25,494 nucleotides of DNA from Candidatus Oleincola secundus (GTDB lineage Bacteria > Atribacterota > Phoenicimicrobiia > Phoenicimicrobiales > Stramentimicrobiaceae): positions 1-25,494 of the forward strand of contig JAGYLS010000020.1 of NCBI GenBank assembly GCA_018400815.1, read 5' to 3'. Below the pieces are notes generated by a model. It saw only the letters and a program-made list of their open reading frames with translations. It searched no databases and was not told the DNA's origin. A program made the translations under genes and the position numbers. This document shows positions 1-7,823 of this stretch, in pieces; position 1 is the stretch's first letter, and each line of letters opens with the position of its first letter.

Positions 1-342
1 TTAGTACCTGTTGTTGGTTCAAGATGGGATATGGAAAGATTTGGAATGATTGTAACGGGCACACCTCGACATGCAGATGCGCTGTTTATTGCTGGATACC
101 AGACTTTTAAATCAATCAAAAAAGCGCAACTTATCTATGAACAAATGGCTGATCCGAAGGCGGTTATTGCCCTGGGTGCCTGCACCATGACTGGCGGAAT
201 TTATTGGGATTCTTACAATACAATAAAGAGATTGGATGATTATATACCTGTGAATATTTATATTCCGGGTTGTCCGCCGCGTCCTGAAGCCGTTTTTGAA
301 GCAGTAGAAAAAATATTCAAGCACGTAGGGGAGATGAAATAA
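1..342 (+). CDS. NuoB/MbsJ(MbxJ)-like Fe-S small subunit, 5'-truncated by the window edge
   Basis: Frame is open from base 1 (LVPVVGSRWDMERFG...). Contains the NuoB-family motifs ERFG, TPRHAD, ALGACTMTGG and IPGCPPRPEA. Confidence 0.9.
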   Translation, partial: LVPVVGSRWDMERFGMIVTGTPRHADALFIAGYQTFKSIKKAQLIYEQMADPKAVIALGACTMTGGIYWDSYNTIKRLDDYIPVNIYIPGCPPRPEAVFEAVEKIFKHVGEMK

Positions 343-861
343 ATGGACAAGACGTTATCTGATGAAAAAGAAATATTAGAAAAGATAAAAGATAAATTTA
401 AATATGAAGGAAATATCCAAAGAGCAAAAAGAGTCTGGGTATTTATTAATGATAAGGATGAACTATTAACCTGTTCGAAATGGTTAAAAAAAGAAGGATT
501 TATTCATTTATCAGCTATATCTGTCAGTGATTGGCTGGAAGAAAAGGAGTTCAAGCTTGATTACCTGTTGTGGTCTTTTCAAGACAAGATACTTCTTGTT
601 TTGACTGTTAAGATAGACCGCGAAGAACCGATTATTGATTCGGTAACTTCCGTATGGGGAAATAATGCCCAAGCTCATGAAAGAGAAGCATGGGAATTTT
701 TTAAAATTGATTTTAAAGGAAATAAGAATTTAACACCTCTTTTTACTGATAATTGGCAGGGGCCTCCCCCCTTCAGGAAGGACTTTGATTGGCACAAGTA
801 CGTAAGAGAAAACCATTATAATAAGAATAATGAAAGAGAAAGAGGATATTATGAAGATTAA
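343..861 (+). CDS. NuoC/MbsK(MbxK)-like subunit (30 kDa complex I family)
   Basis: IDSVTSVW...AQAHEREAWEFF..F.G...PFRKDF motif; lies between the NuoB-like and NuoD-like genes; GGGGAG RBS upstream. Confidence 0.85.
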   Translation: MDKTLSDEKEILEKIKDKFKYEGNIQRAKRVWVFINDKDELLTCSKWLKKEGFIHLSAISVSDWLEEKEFKLDYLLWSFQDKILLVLTVKIDREEPIIDSVTSVWGNNAQAHEREAWEFFKIDFKGNKNLTPLFTDNWQGPPPFRKDFDWHKYVRENHYNKNNERERGYYED

Positions 862-1981
862 TCAAGAAATTTCCCGGTTGCCCAAAACTGATCAGTATGA
901 TATGTATTTTGGACCATGTCATCCCGGATCTGCAAATTTCGGGATTAAGTTAAAACTCAAAGGGGAAAAGATTATTTCTGCTCTTTCAGATCCTGGTTAT
1001 CTCCATCGTGGTTTTGAAAAATTAATGGAATACAGGTTACCACTTCAGAATGCCATGCTTTCTGATCGTATTTGTGTTTTAGAATCGTTGGCCTGGGAGT
1101 TAATTCATGCTGAGGCGATAGAAGAATTAATGGATTTGGAAATTCCGGAAAGGGCTAAATTTATCAGGGTAATTATGGCTGAGCTTTCCCGAATTCAGTC
1201 ACACATGATTTGGTGGGGCGTCTTTTCGGCCGGAACGGGTTTTGATACCGGGTTCAAAATTGCTTTTGGTTATAGAGATTATATTTTGGATTTATTTGCA
1301 GAAATTACCGGAGGTAGGGTATATCCTGCCGGATATATCTGTCCAGGAGGCGTAAGAAGAAATTTTCCTGAAGGAATAGAGGAAAAAATTGAAAAAGTTT
1401 TAGATAAATCAGAGGAATTAGCAAAATACATGGAGGTAGAAAACCCGACATTCAAAGCGCGAACCAAGGGGATTGGAATTTTAAAATTGGACGATGCTAT
1501 CAGTTTAGGGGCAACCGGGCCTGTATTAAGAGCATCCGGGTTAAAAACTGATTTAAGAAAAGATGATCCATATGAAGTATATCAAAAATTTAATTTTGAG
1601 GTTCCGGTTAGAGAAGAAGGAGATATTTATGCCCGTTTTTTGATTGGTTTAGCTGAAGTGAAGGAATCAATTAAGATTGTAAGACAAGCAATAGAAACTT
1701 TGCCCGAAGGGGAATTTATCCTTCCCAAATATAAAAAACCTAAAATCAATATGAAAATCAATGAGGGAGAAGTATATGTCCATAATGAAATCGCTAGAGG
1801 AGAAGGAGGCATGCATGTAATAAGTGATGGCGGCATAAAGCCTTATAGGGTTAAAGTTAGAGGTCCCAGCTTTTCTCATATGATCCCGGTATTGGAATAC
1901 ATTCTAAGGGGGGCGGATATAGCAGATATTCCTGCTATATATTGGAGTTTGAATGTTTGTCCGGCAGATTTAGATCGATAA
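851..1981 (+). CDS. NuoD/MbsL(MbxL)-like catalytic large subunit; not a NiFe-binding hydrogenase
   Basis: GPCHPG, PGYLHRGFEKL, DRICVLE, ELSRIQSH, TGPVLRASG, EIARGE, PYRVKVRGPS and C-terminal NVCPADLDR. ATG at 851 follows AGAGGA (the ORF track start at 830 is the alternative). Confidence 0.88.
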   Translation: MKINQEISRLPKTDQYDMYFGPCHPGSANFGIKLKLKGEKIISALSDPGYLHRGFEKLMEYRLPLQNAMLSDRICVLESLAWELIHAEAIEELMDLEIPERAKFIRVIMAELSRIQSHMIWWGVFSAGTGFDTGFKIAFGYRDYILDLFAEITGGRVYPAGYICPGGVRRNFPEGIEEKIEKVLDKSEELAKYMEVENPTFKARTKGIGILKLDDAISLGATGPVLRASGLKTDLRKDDPYEVYQKFNFEVPVREEGDIYARFLIGLAEVKESIKIVRQAIETLPEGEFILPKYKKPKINMKINEGEVYVHNEIARGEGGMHVISDGGIKPYRVKVRGPSFSHMIPVLEYILRGADIADIPAIYWSLNVCPADLDR

Positions 1982-2023
1982 AAAATGGAAGTATTAATTT
2001 ATTGAAGAAAGCAGGCTATTAAA

Positions 2024-2395
2024 TTGGAAATTATTTTTTCTTTATTTAAGAATCTATTTAGTAAACCGATGACAGTGTGTTTTCCTTATGAATCAATAGA
2101 GATACCTCAGGGGTATAGAGGAGAACATCTATATGATAAGGATAAGTGTATATCTTGTGGGTTGTGTGCTAAAATATGCCCTGATAGAGCAATAGAGATG
2201 GTCGAAGCACCTGATGCATGTATTGAGGACTATCCTAAAAAATATCCCAAAATAGATTTAGGAAAATGTTGTTTTTGTGGTTTTTGTGAAGATATTTGTC
2301 CTAAAGGGTGTTTGAAATTAACTGATAATTTTTATCTTTCAACTTTTGATAAAAATTCAGTTATTAAAAAACCTTTCCCGCTTGATAAAAAATAG
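2024..2395 (+). CDS. NuoI/MbsN(MbxN)-like 2x[4Fe-4S] subunit
   Basis: Two ferredoxin motifs, CISCGLCAKICP and CCFCGFCEDICP, plus GYRGEH; TTG start. Confidence 0.9.
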   Translation: MEIIFSLFKNLFSKPMTVCFPYESIEIPQGYRGEHLYDKDKCISCGLCAKICPDRAIEMVEAPDACIEDYPKKYPKIDLGKCCFCGFCEDICPKGCLKLTDNFYLSTFDKNSVIKKPFPLDKK

Positions 2396-2615
2396 AAGTA
2401 AAATGAAAATAACTATAATTATTTGATTAAAAAATTATTATTTAGGAAAAGTGCTAATTTATTCTTTGAAATATAATTTTTTTGTGTTTAAGAAATTATA
2501 GACTATTATGACATATTAATAGTGCTGAAAAGATTATAATTATACATTGCTATTTAAATAGTTTTAAATATGTTGATTTTGTAGAATATTTTAAATATTA
2601 ATTGAGGAAGTAGAT

Positions 2616-3026
2616 ATGAAATTATTAATGATTTATGCGGAAAATTTTGCCTATCAAACGAGGAGTAGAACATTAGAAACAGTTGAAGAATACCAGGAAG
2701 ATAAGCAAATAGAAAATGTTCTGGCTGGTTTTATACAAGTAGAAAAAGAAGATGAAGAAAAAATGGATAAAGTCGAGACTAAACTTATTAAAAATTTAAA
2801 ATGGGCTGCTAAAAAAAATAACACCAATTGCATTTTATTGCACTCTTTTGCTCATCTTTCTTTAAGTAAAGCTAATCCGGATAGTACCAAAAAAATATTT
2901 GATAATGCTGAAAAAAGGCTAAAAGATACCGGCTATGAAGTATATCAGACGCCCTTTGGTTATTTTTTAGATCTCGATTTAAAGGCACCAGGGAAGTCAC
3001 TAGCCAGAGTTTTTAAGGAGTTTTAA
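2616..3026 (+). CDS. Stand-alone archaeal-type threonyl-tRNA synthetase editing-domain protein (DTD-like fold)
   Basis: MKLLMIYAENFAY start, FIQVEKED, HSFAHLS and TPFGYF resemble the archaeal ThrRS N-terminal domain (YPxAHLS, APFGxYK); GAGG RBS. Confidence 0.75.
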   Translation: MKLLMIYAENFAYQTRSRTLETVEEYQEDKQIENVLAGFIQVEKEDEEKMDKVETKLIKNLKWAAKKNNTNCILLHSFAHLSLSKANPDSTKKIFDNAEKRLKDTGYEVYQTPFGYFLDLDLKAPGKSLARVFKEF

Positions 3027-3095
3027 ATTACAATTTTCCATAAAAAATAAAAGTAGACTAATGGAAATGTTTAAGTTGTAAACAATATCGTTTTA

Positions 3096-3785
3096 TCAGG
3101 TAAGATAAAGCAGGATCCCTAAAAAGTGAGATATACTTCCGCCCAGGACAAAGAGATGCCAGATAGTATGATGGTAACGTATCTTAGGTGCCAGAAAAAA
3201 GAATACTCCGAGCAAATAAAATAATCCCCCCACGATAATCCATAAAAGCATTTTTATGGAGACAGCTTCGAGCAGTGGTTTGGTTGCAGATATTATAATT
3301 AATCCCATAATAATGTAAAGTATTACAGAAACAACCTGGGTCTTTTGAAATAGAAAAACTTTCATTAATATACCCATTAGGGCAATTCCCCAAACCAATC
3401 CAAAAAGAGTCCATCCCCAGGAACCATGCAAAGAGATAAGTGTAATTGGAGTATAGGAGCCGGCTATTAAAAGGTATATAGCTGAGTGGTCAAATACCTG
3501 AAAAATTTTTTTTATTCTGGTATCAGGTAATCCATGGTAAATAGTGGACATCAGGTATAAAATTACCAGAGTTGAACCGTAAATAGTGAAGCTGATTATA
3601 TGCCAGATATTTCCTTTTGTAATCGCCATAAAAAGAAGAACGACAAAACCAATAATGCTCAATATGGTTCCTATACCATGGGTAACGGTATTTGCTTTTT
3701 CCTGGTAAGCCATGTTCCTTGATGCAATTGAAGCATTCTCTAAAGCAGTTTCTATCATATTGTCTATAAAATATTTTATTTGCAC
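3096..3785 (-). CDS. trhA: Hemolysin III / PAQR-family (TrhA-like) membrane protein
   Basis: EKANTVTHG, STIYH, FDHSAIYLLIAGSYTP and HTIWHLFVLGGSISH motifs; multiple hydrophobic segments. Start codon uncertain. Confidence 0.9.
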   Translation of the reverse strand: MQIKYFIDNMIETALENASIASRNMAYQEKANTVTHGIGTILSIIGFVVLLFMAITKGNIWHIISFTIYGSTLVILYLMSTIYHGLPDTRIKKIFQVFDHSAIYLLIAGSYTPITLISLHGSWGWTLFGLVWGIALMGILMKVFLFQKTQVVSVILYIIMGLIIISATKPLLEAVSIKMLLWIIVGGLFYLLGVFFFLAPKIRYHHTIWHLFVLGGSISHFLGILLYLT

Positions 3786-3868
3786 AACAAGCTATCCTAT
3801 CAAAATTTGTGCTTCTATAAGAGGCAAAAGAAGAAGTAATTTGTCTATTATAAATTGAAACAACAAAT

Positions 3869-3898
3869 ATTATATCACAATATCATATCCACAGTAAA
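3869..3898 (-). promoter_or_regulatory. Candidate sigma70 promoter for trhA
   Basis: Minus strand TTTACT-N18-TATAAT with an extended TG before the -10. Confidence 0.5.
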
Positions 3899-4026
3899 GA
3901 ATTAACGGTATACTATCAAAAATATTTAGTTAAAATTTTGCATGTTTAACAGTTTGATAAAGCAACACAAAGAGTAGGATAGTATAGATAAGATATAGTA
4001 ACAGTATCTTATGATATTGCCGGCTA

Positions 4027-5847
4027 TCAGGCCAAATTTTTACGGTTTTGATAACGTAAATGATGATCCAGAATCTTCTTTCTTAATCGAATACTCTCAG
4101 GGGTTATTTCCACCAATTCATCATCTTGAATAAACTCCAGGGCTTGCTCCAGGGAAAAATCCTGAGGTTTTTCTAAACGCAAGGCTTCATCAGAACCGCT
4201 TGCCCGCATATTGGTAACATGTTTTTTCTTGTTGACATTGACTTCCAGATCATTATCCCTTTTATTTTCTCCTACAATCATTCCCTGATATACTTTGGTT
4301 GCCGGTCCAATGAATAAATTTCCTCTACCCTGGGCATTATAAAGACCATAAGTGCTGGTAATTCCATCTTCAAAGGCAATTAATACTCCCCTGGAGCGTG
4401 AAGGAATATATCCCTTGTAAGGTTGATAGTCAAGGAAAAGATGGTGCATGATCCCTCTGCCTTTTGTTAAAGTAAGTAATTCACTGCGGAAGCCAATTAA
4501 CCCTCTTGCGGGTATTTGAAATTCAAGTCGAAGCTGATCAGAAGAAAAATCCTGCATATTTATTAAATCTGCTTTTCTAATACCGCACATACGCATTACA
4601 GTACTCAAGTATTCTTTTGGTATATCACAAGTCATGAGCTCTATTGGTTCATATTTTTTATCGTCAATATATCGGAAGATAACTTTTGGTTTGGACACCT
4701 GGAATTCATATCCTTCCCTGCGCATCTTTTCAATAAGGATAGAGAGATGCAACTCTCCTCTTCCGGAAACTCGGAAAGTATCCATTGATTCTGTTTCTTC
4801 TACCCGTAGGCTGACATTGGTGTCAATTTCTTTAAAAAGTCGTTCTCTCAGGTGTCGTGAGGTAACAAATTTACCTTGTTGACCGGCAAAAGGACTGTCA
4901 TTGACTTTAAAATCAATGGTAAGAGTAGGTTCATCAATACTAATTTTTGATAGAGCTTCCGGATTTTCCTGGTCGGCAATTGTTTCACCGATATTTGCTT
5001 CATCAATACCAGCCAATGCTATAATTTCCCCCGAATAAGCCTGCTTAGTCTCAATTCTTTCTAAACCTTCAAAAACATAAAGTTTGACTACTTTCCCTTT
5101 GACATGTCTTTTATCCCGCTTGATCAGCGTTACGCTTTCTCCCAACTCGATTTTTCCACGAATAATTAAACCCACAGCTATCTTTCCTACATAATCATCA
5201 TAATCCAGATTGGTTATTAGCATCTGTAAATCACTTTTATTGTCCACAATAGGAGAGGGAACATATTTTACAATAGTCGAAAAGAGCACCTCAAGATTTT
5301 TATCTAAAGAATCCGGTGAAACCCCGGCTAAACCTATTTGGGCTGAGGTGTAGATTACCGGAAAATCAATTTGTTCATCATTGGCACCCAATTCAATGAA
5401 CAAATCATAAATTTCATTTAGAACTTCTTTGGGACGTGCATTTGTGCGGTCTACTTTGTTAATCACCACAATAGGAATTAGGTTTAATTCCATGGATTTA
5501 CGTAAAACAAATCGGGTTTGTGGCATTGGTCCCTCAAAGGCATCAACAATTAAAAGAACTCCGTTAACCATTCTAAGAATTCTTTCCACTTCCCCTCCAA
5601 AATCTGCATGACCCGGAGTATCAACAATATTAATTTTAGTCTTATTCCAATAAACAGAGGCGTTTTTTGACAAAATGGTAATGCCCCTTTCCTGTTCCAT
5701 GTCATTAGAATCCATGATTCTCTCTTTTATTTTCTGGTTTTCCCGGAATGTTCCACTTTGCTTTAACATAGCATCAACCAGAGTTGTCTTGCCATGATCA
5801 ACATGTGCAATCAAGGCAATATTTCTTAAATCATTATATTTCATCAT
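4027..5847 (-). CDS. typA: Translational GTPase TypA/BipA
   Basis: [38 protein letters not shown] and C-terminal [16 protein letters not shown]. Confidence 0.97.
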   Translation of the reverse strand: MMKYNDLRNIALIAHVDHGKTTLVDAMLKQSGTFRENQKIKERIMDSNDMEQERGITILSKNASVYWNKTKINIVDTPGHADFGGEVERILRMVNGVLLIVDAFEGPMPQTRFVLRKSMELNLIPIVVINKVDRTNARPKEVLNEIYDLFIELGANDEQIDFPVIYTSAQIGLAGVSPDSLDKNLEVLFSTIVKYVPSPIVDNKSDLQMLITNLDYDDYVGKIAVGLIIRGKIELGESVTLIKRDKRHVKGKVVKLYVFEGLERIETKQAYSGEIIALAGIDEANIGETIADQENPEALSKISIDEPTLTIDFKVNDSPFAGQQGKFVTSRHLRERLFKEIDTNVSLRVEETESMDTFRVSGRGELHLSILIEKMRREGYEFQVSKPKVIFRYIDDKKYEPIELMTCDIPKEYLSTVMRMCGIRKADLINMQDFSSDQLRLEFQIPARGLIGFRSELLTLTKGRGIMHHLFLDYQPYKGYIPSRSRGVLIAFEDGITSTYGLYNAQGRGNLFIGPATKVYQGMIVGENKRDNDLEVNVNKKKHVTNMRASGSDEALRLEKPQDFSLEQALEFIQDDELVEITPESIRLRKKILDHHLRYQNRKNLA

Positions 5848-5896
5848 TAATAACCTTTATTGAACGAAAATTCTGTAATCTGAAAAACAGGATAAA

Positions 5897-5925
5897 ATAT
5901 TATCACAATAAGTCTAATAAGTAAA
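5897..5925 (-). promoter_or_regulatory. Candidate sigma70 promoter for typA
   Basis: Minus strand TTTACT-N17-TAATAT with an extended TG. Confidence 0.45.
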
Positions 5926-6006
5926 GAAAATATTAGTTTAGGCATAGGTTGAGTAGAATCAATAGGGCATAAAATGGTATTTTGATAAAAATATGTCTTA
6001 TTTTTA

Positions 6007-6035
6007 TTGACAGAAGGGAATTTTTATGCTAACTT
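6007..6035 (+). promoter_or_regulatory. Sigma70 promoter of the aro operon leader
   Basis: TTGACA (6007-6012)-N17-TAACTT (6030-6035) with TG at 6027-6028, ~35 nt upstream of the leader ORF. Confidence 0.65.
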
Positions 6036-6069
6036 TATTTTTAACAATAAATCGAAAGGGTTAAACCAG

Positions 6070-6156
6070 ATGCTAAGGAAACAAAGCCAAGAAATATTTA
6101 ATTTTAACTATTATTATTTCTATTTTACTGGCGATGTTTATGCCTTAGTATCGTAA
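6070..6156 (+). CDS. Phe/Tyr-rich attenuator leader peptide, 28 aa: MLRKQSQEIFNFNYYYFYFTGDVYALVS
   Basis: ATG 6070 to TAA 6154-6156, preceded by AAAGGG. 8 of 10 consecutive codons (6097-6126) are Phe or Tyr; it lies directly upstream of the Phe/Tyr biosynthesis operon and overlaps an antiterminator arm. Confidence 0.88.
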   Translation: MLRKQSQEIFNFNYYYFYFTGDVYALVS

Positions 6157-6201
6157 CATAAACAGAAATTAGCAAATCAGATACCATAGGCATGAACATC
6201 G
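6132..6201 (+). promoter_or_regulatory. Antiterminator hairpin 1 (segments 2:3)
   Basis: CGATGTTTATGCCT (6132-6145) pairs with AGGCATGAACATCG (6188-6201), 14 bp with one G-U. GTATC (6148-6152) also pairs with GATAC (6180-6184). Excludes terminator 1. Confidence 0.85.
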
Positions 6202-6221
6202 AAGATGCCTATGGTATTTTT
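6181..6221 (+). terminator. Attenuator terminator 1 (segments 3:4)
   Basis: Perfect 13-bp stem ATACCATAGGCAT (6181-6193)/ATGCCTATGGTAT (6205-6217) with a T run at 6217-6221. Confidence 0.85.
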
Positions 6222-6250
6222 ATATGTAGCGACATATAAAGGACTATAGG
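6208..6250 (+). promoter_or_regulatory. Antiterminator hairpin 2 (segments 4:5)
   Basis: CCTATGGT-A-TTTTTATATGT (6208-6227) pairs with ACATATAAAGGACTATAGG (6232-6250): 19 bp, three G-U, one bulge, AGCG loop. Excludes both terminators. Confidence 0.75.
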
Positions 6251-6276
6251 TTTTTTATTACCTGTAGTCTTTTTTT
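6242..6276 (+). terminator. Attenuator terminator 2 (segments 5:6)
   Basis: 10-bp stem GACTATAGGT (6242-6251)/ACCTGTAGTC (6260-6269), one G-U, followed by T7 (6270-6276), ~50 nt before aroH. Confidence 0.8.
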
Positions 6277-6324
6277 ATATCTAGATTTAAATAAAGCAAA
6301 ACAAAATATCAGGGAGATAATTTT

Positions 6325-6711
6325 ATGACAGTAAGAGGTATAAGAGGTGCAACTACAGTTGATGCAAATAGCAAAGAATCTATTATAAGCAGAAGCAAAG
6401 AATTGTTGCTATTATTACAAAAAGCTAATCATTTTAATACAGAAGATATTGTCAGCATATTTTTTAGCATGACATCTGATTTAAACGCTGCCTTCCCGGC
6501 AGAAGCAGCAAGACAATTGGGCTGGAATAAAGTTCCTCTTTTTGGCATGCAAGAATCAGATGTAGAAGGTGGATTAGGAAAATGCATTAGAATTCTTATC
6601 CAAATTAACAGTAATAAAATACAGGATGAAATAAGACATTGTTATTTACACGAAGCCAAGAGGTTAAGGAGAGATTTAGTTGATATAGAAGGGAAGGAAG
6701 AGGAAAAATGA
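6325..6711 (+). CDS. aroH: Chorismate mutase, AroH class
   Basis: VRGIRGATTV, DLNAAFPAEAAR, KCIRILI and HCYLHEAKRLRRDL; GGGAG RBS. Confidence 0.95.
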   Translation: MTVRGIRGATTVDANSKESIISRSKELLLLLQKANHFNTEDIVSIFFSMTSDLNAAFPAEAARQLGWNKVPLFGMQESDVEGGLGKCIRILIQINSNKIQDEIRHCYLHEAKRLRRDLVDIEGKEEEK

Positions 6712-7742
6712 TTTTAGTAATGGACAGTCGCTCCAGCGATACAGACTTAAATACCATATCTGAAAAATTAAAAAATTTAGGTTTTGAATTGGAAGTTAGT
6801 AAAGGGAAAGAAAAAATAATAGTAGGAATAATTGGAGATACCAGAAAATTATTAAATTTTCCTTTTCATTCTTATCCAGGCGTAATCGATGTTTTGAAAG
6901 TTTTAAAACCCTACAAATTAGCTAGCAGAGAATTTAAAGAATTACCAACCGTTATTAAAATTGGTGATGCCTCTATTGGTGGAAAAGAAATAGCCCTTAT
7001 GGCGGGTCCTTGCTCTGTTGAAGATGAAGAACAAATTTATGAGGCTTCCCAGGGTTTAAGCAAGCTTGGAATAAAGATTCTGCGTGGAGGAGCATTTAAG
7101 CCCAGGAGTTCACCTTACAGCTTTCAGGGATTAGGCGAAAGAGGATTAAAAATGATGAGTGAAGCAGCAAAAAAATTTGGTTTACTGGTAATTACTGAAG
7201 TTATGTCTATTGAACAAATAGATATAATTGCACCTTTTGCAGATATCCTTCAAGTAGGTGCCAGAAATATGCAGAACTTCATGCTTTTAAAGGAATTAGG
7301 AAAAATCAAAAAACCAGTCATGTTAAAAAGAGGGCTGTCGTCGACTGTTGAAGAATTATTGCTATCAGCTGAGTATATTATGTCCGGTGGAAACAAAAAA
7401 GTTATCCTCTGTGAAAGAGGGATAAGGACATTTGAATCCTATACCCGCAATACCCTGGATCTAAGCGTAGTCCCGGCTATCAAGACATTAAGCCATTTGC
7501 CAATTATTGTCGATCCTAGTCATTCAACCGGTAGGAAGGAGTTGGTATGTCCTATGTCTAAAGCAGCCATAGCCGCAGGAGCTGATGGTCTGATTATCGA
7601 AGTTCATCCGAATCCAAAAATGGCTTTGTGTGATGGAGCACAATCGTTGGATTTAAATGACTTTGGAAATCTAATAAAAGAAACAGAATTGGTAGCAAAA
7701 GCCGTCGGAAGATCTTTAAATAATATCCAGGTCACTGTTTAG
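6708..7742 (+). CDS. aroF: DAHP synthase type I-beta with N-terminal ACT-like regulatory domain (copy 1)
   Basis: [47 protein letters not shown] and EVHPNP..ALCDGAQSL; ATGA overlap with aroH. Confidence 0.96.
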   Translation: MILVMDSRSSDTDLNTISEKLKNLGFELEVSKGKEKIIVGIIGDTRKLLNFPFHSYPGVIDVLKVLKPYKLASREFKELPTVIKIGDASIGGKEIALMAGPCSVEDEEQIYEASQGLSKLGIKILRGGAFKPRSSPYSFQGLGERGLKMMSEAAKKFGLLVITEVMSIEQIDIIAPFADILQVGARNMQNFMLLKELGKIKKPVMLKRGLSSTVEELLLSAEYIMSGGNKKVILCERGIRTFESYTRNTLDLSVVPAIKTLSHLPIIVDPSHSTGRKELVCPMSKAAIAAGADGLIIEVHPNPKMALCDGAQSLDLNDFGNLIKETELVAKAVGRSLNNIQVTV

Positions 7743-7823
7743 CAACAAGATTCCAGAATATATATTTTATAAATTTTAAAATAATGAAAAAATGACTTAC
7801 TAAAGATAAAAGGAGAAAAAAGA

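Noticed and set aside
851..1981. [NiFe]-hydrogenase large subunit
   Set aside because: Both CxxC Ni-binding motifs are incomplete (CVLE, CPAD).
6026..6064. 12-codon ORF MLTLFLTINRKG preceded by GAAGGGA
   Set aside because: Its RBS and ATG fall inside the predicted promoter spacer/-10 region, so it would not be transcribed; no informative codon bias.
6040..6324. T-box riboswitch or TRAP site as the aro leader mechanism
   Set aside because: No T-box consensus (GGTGGTACCGCG-like) and no (G/T)AG repeat array; the leader-peptide model explains the hairpins.
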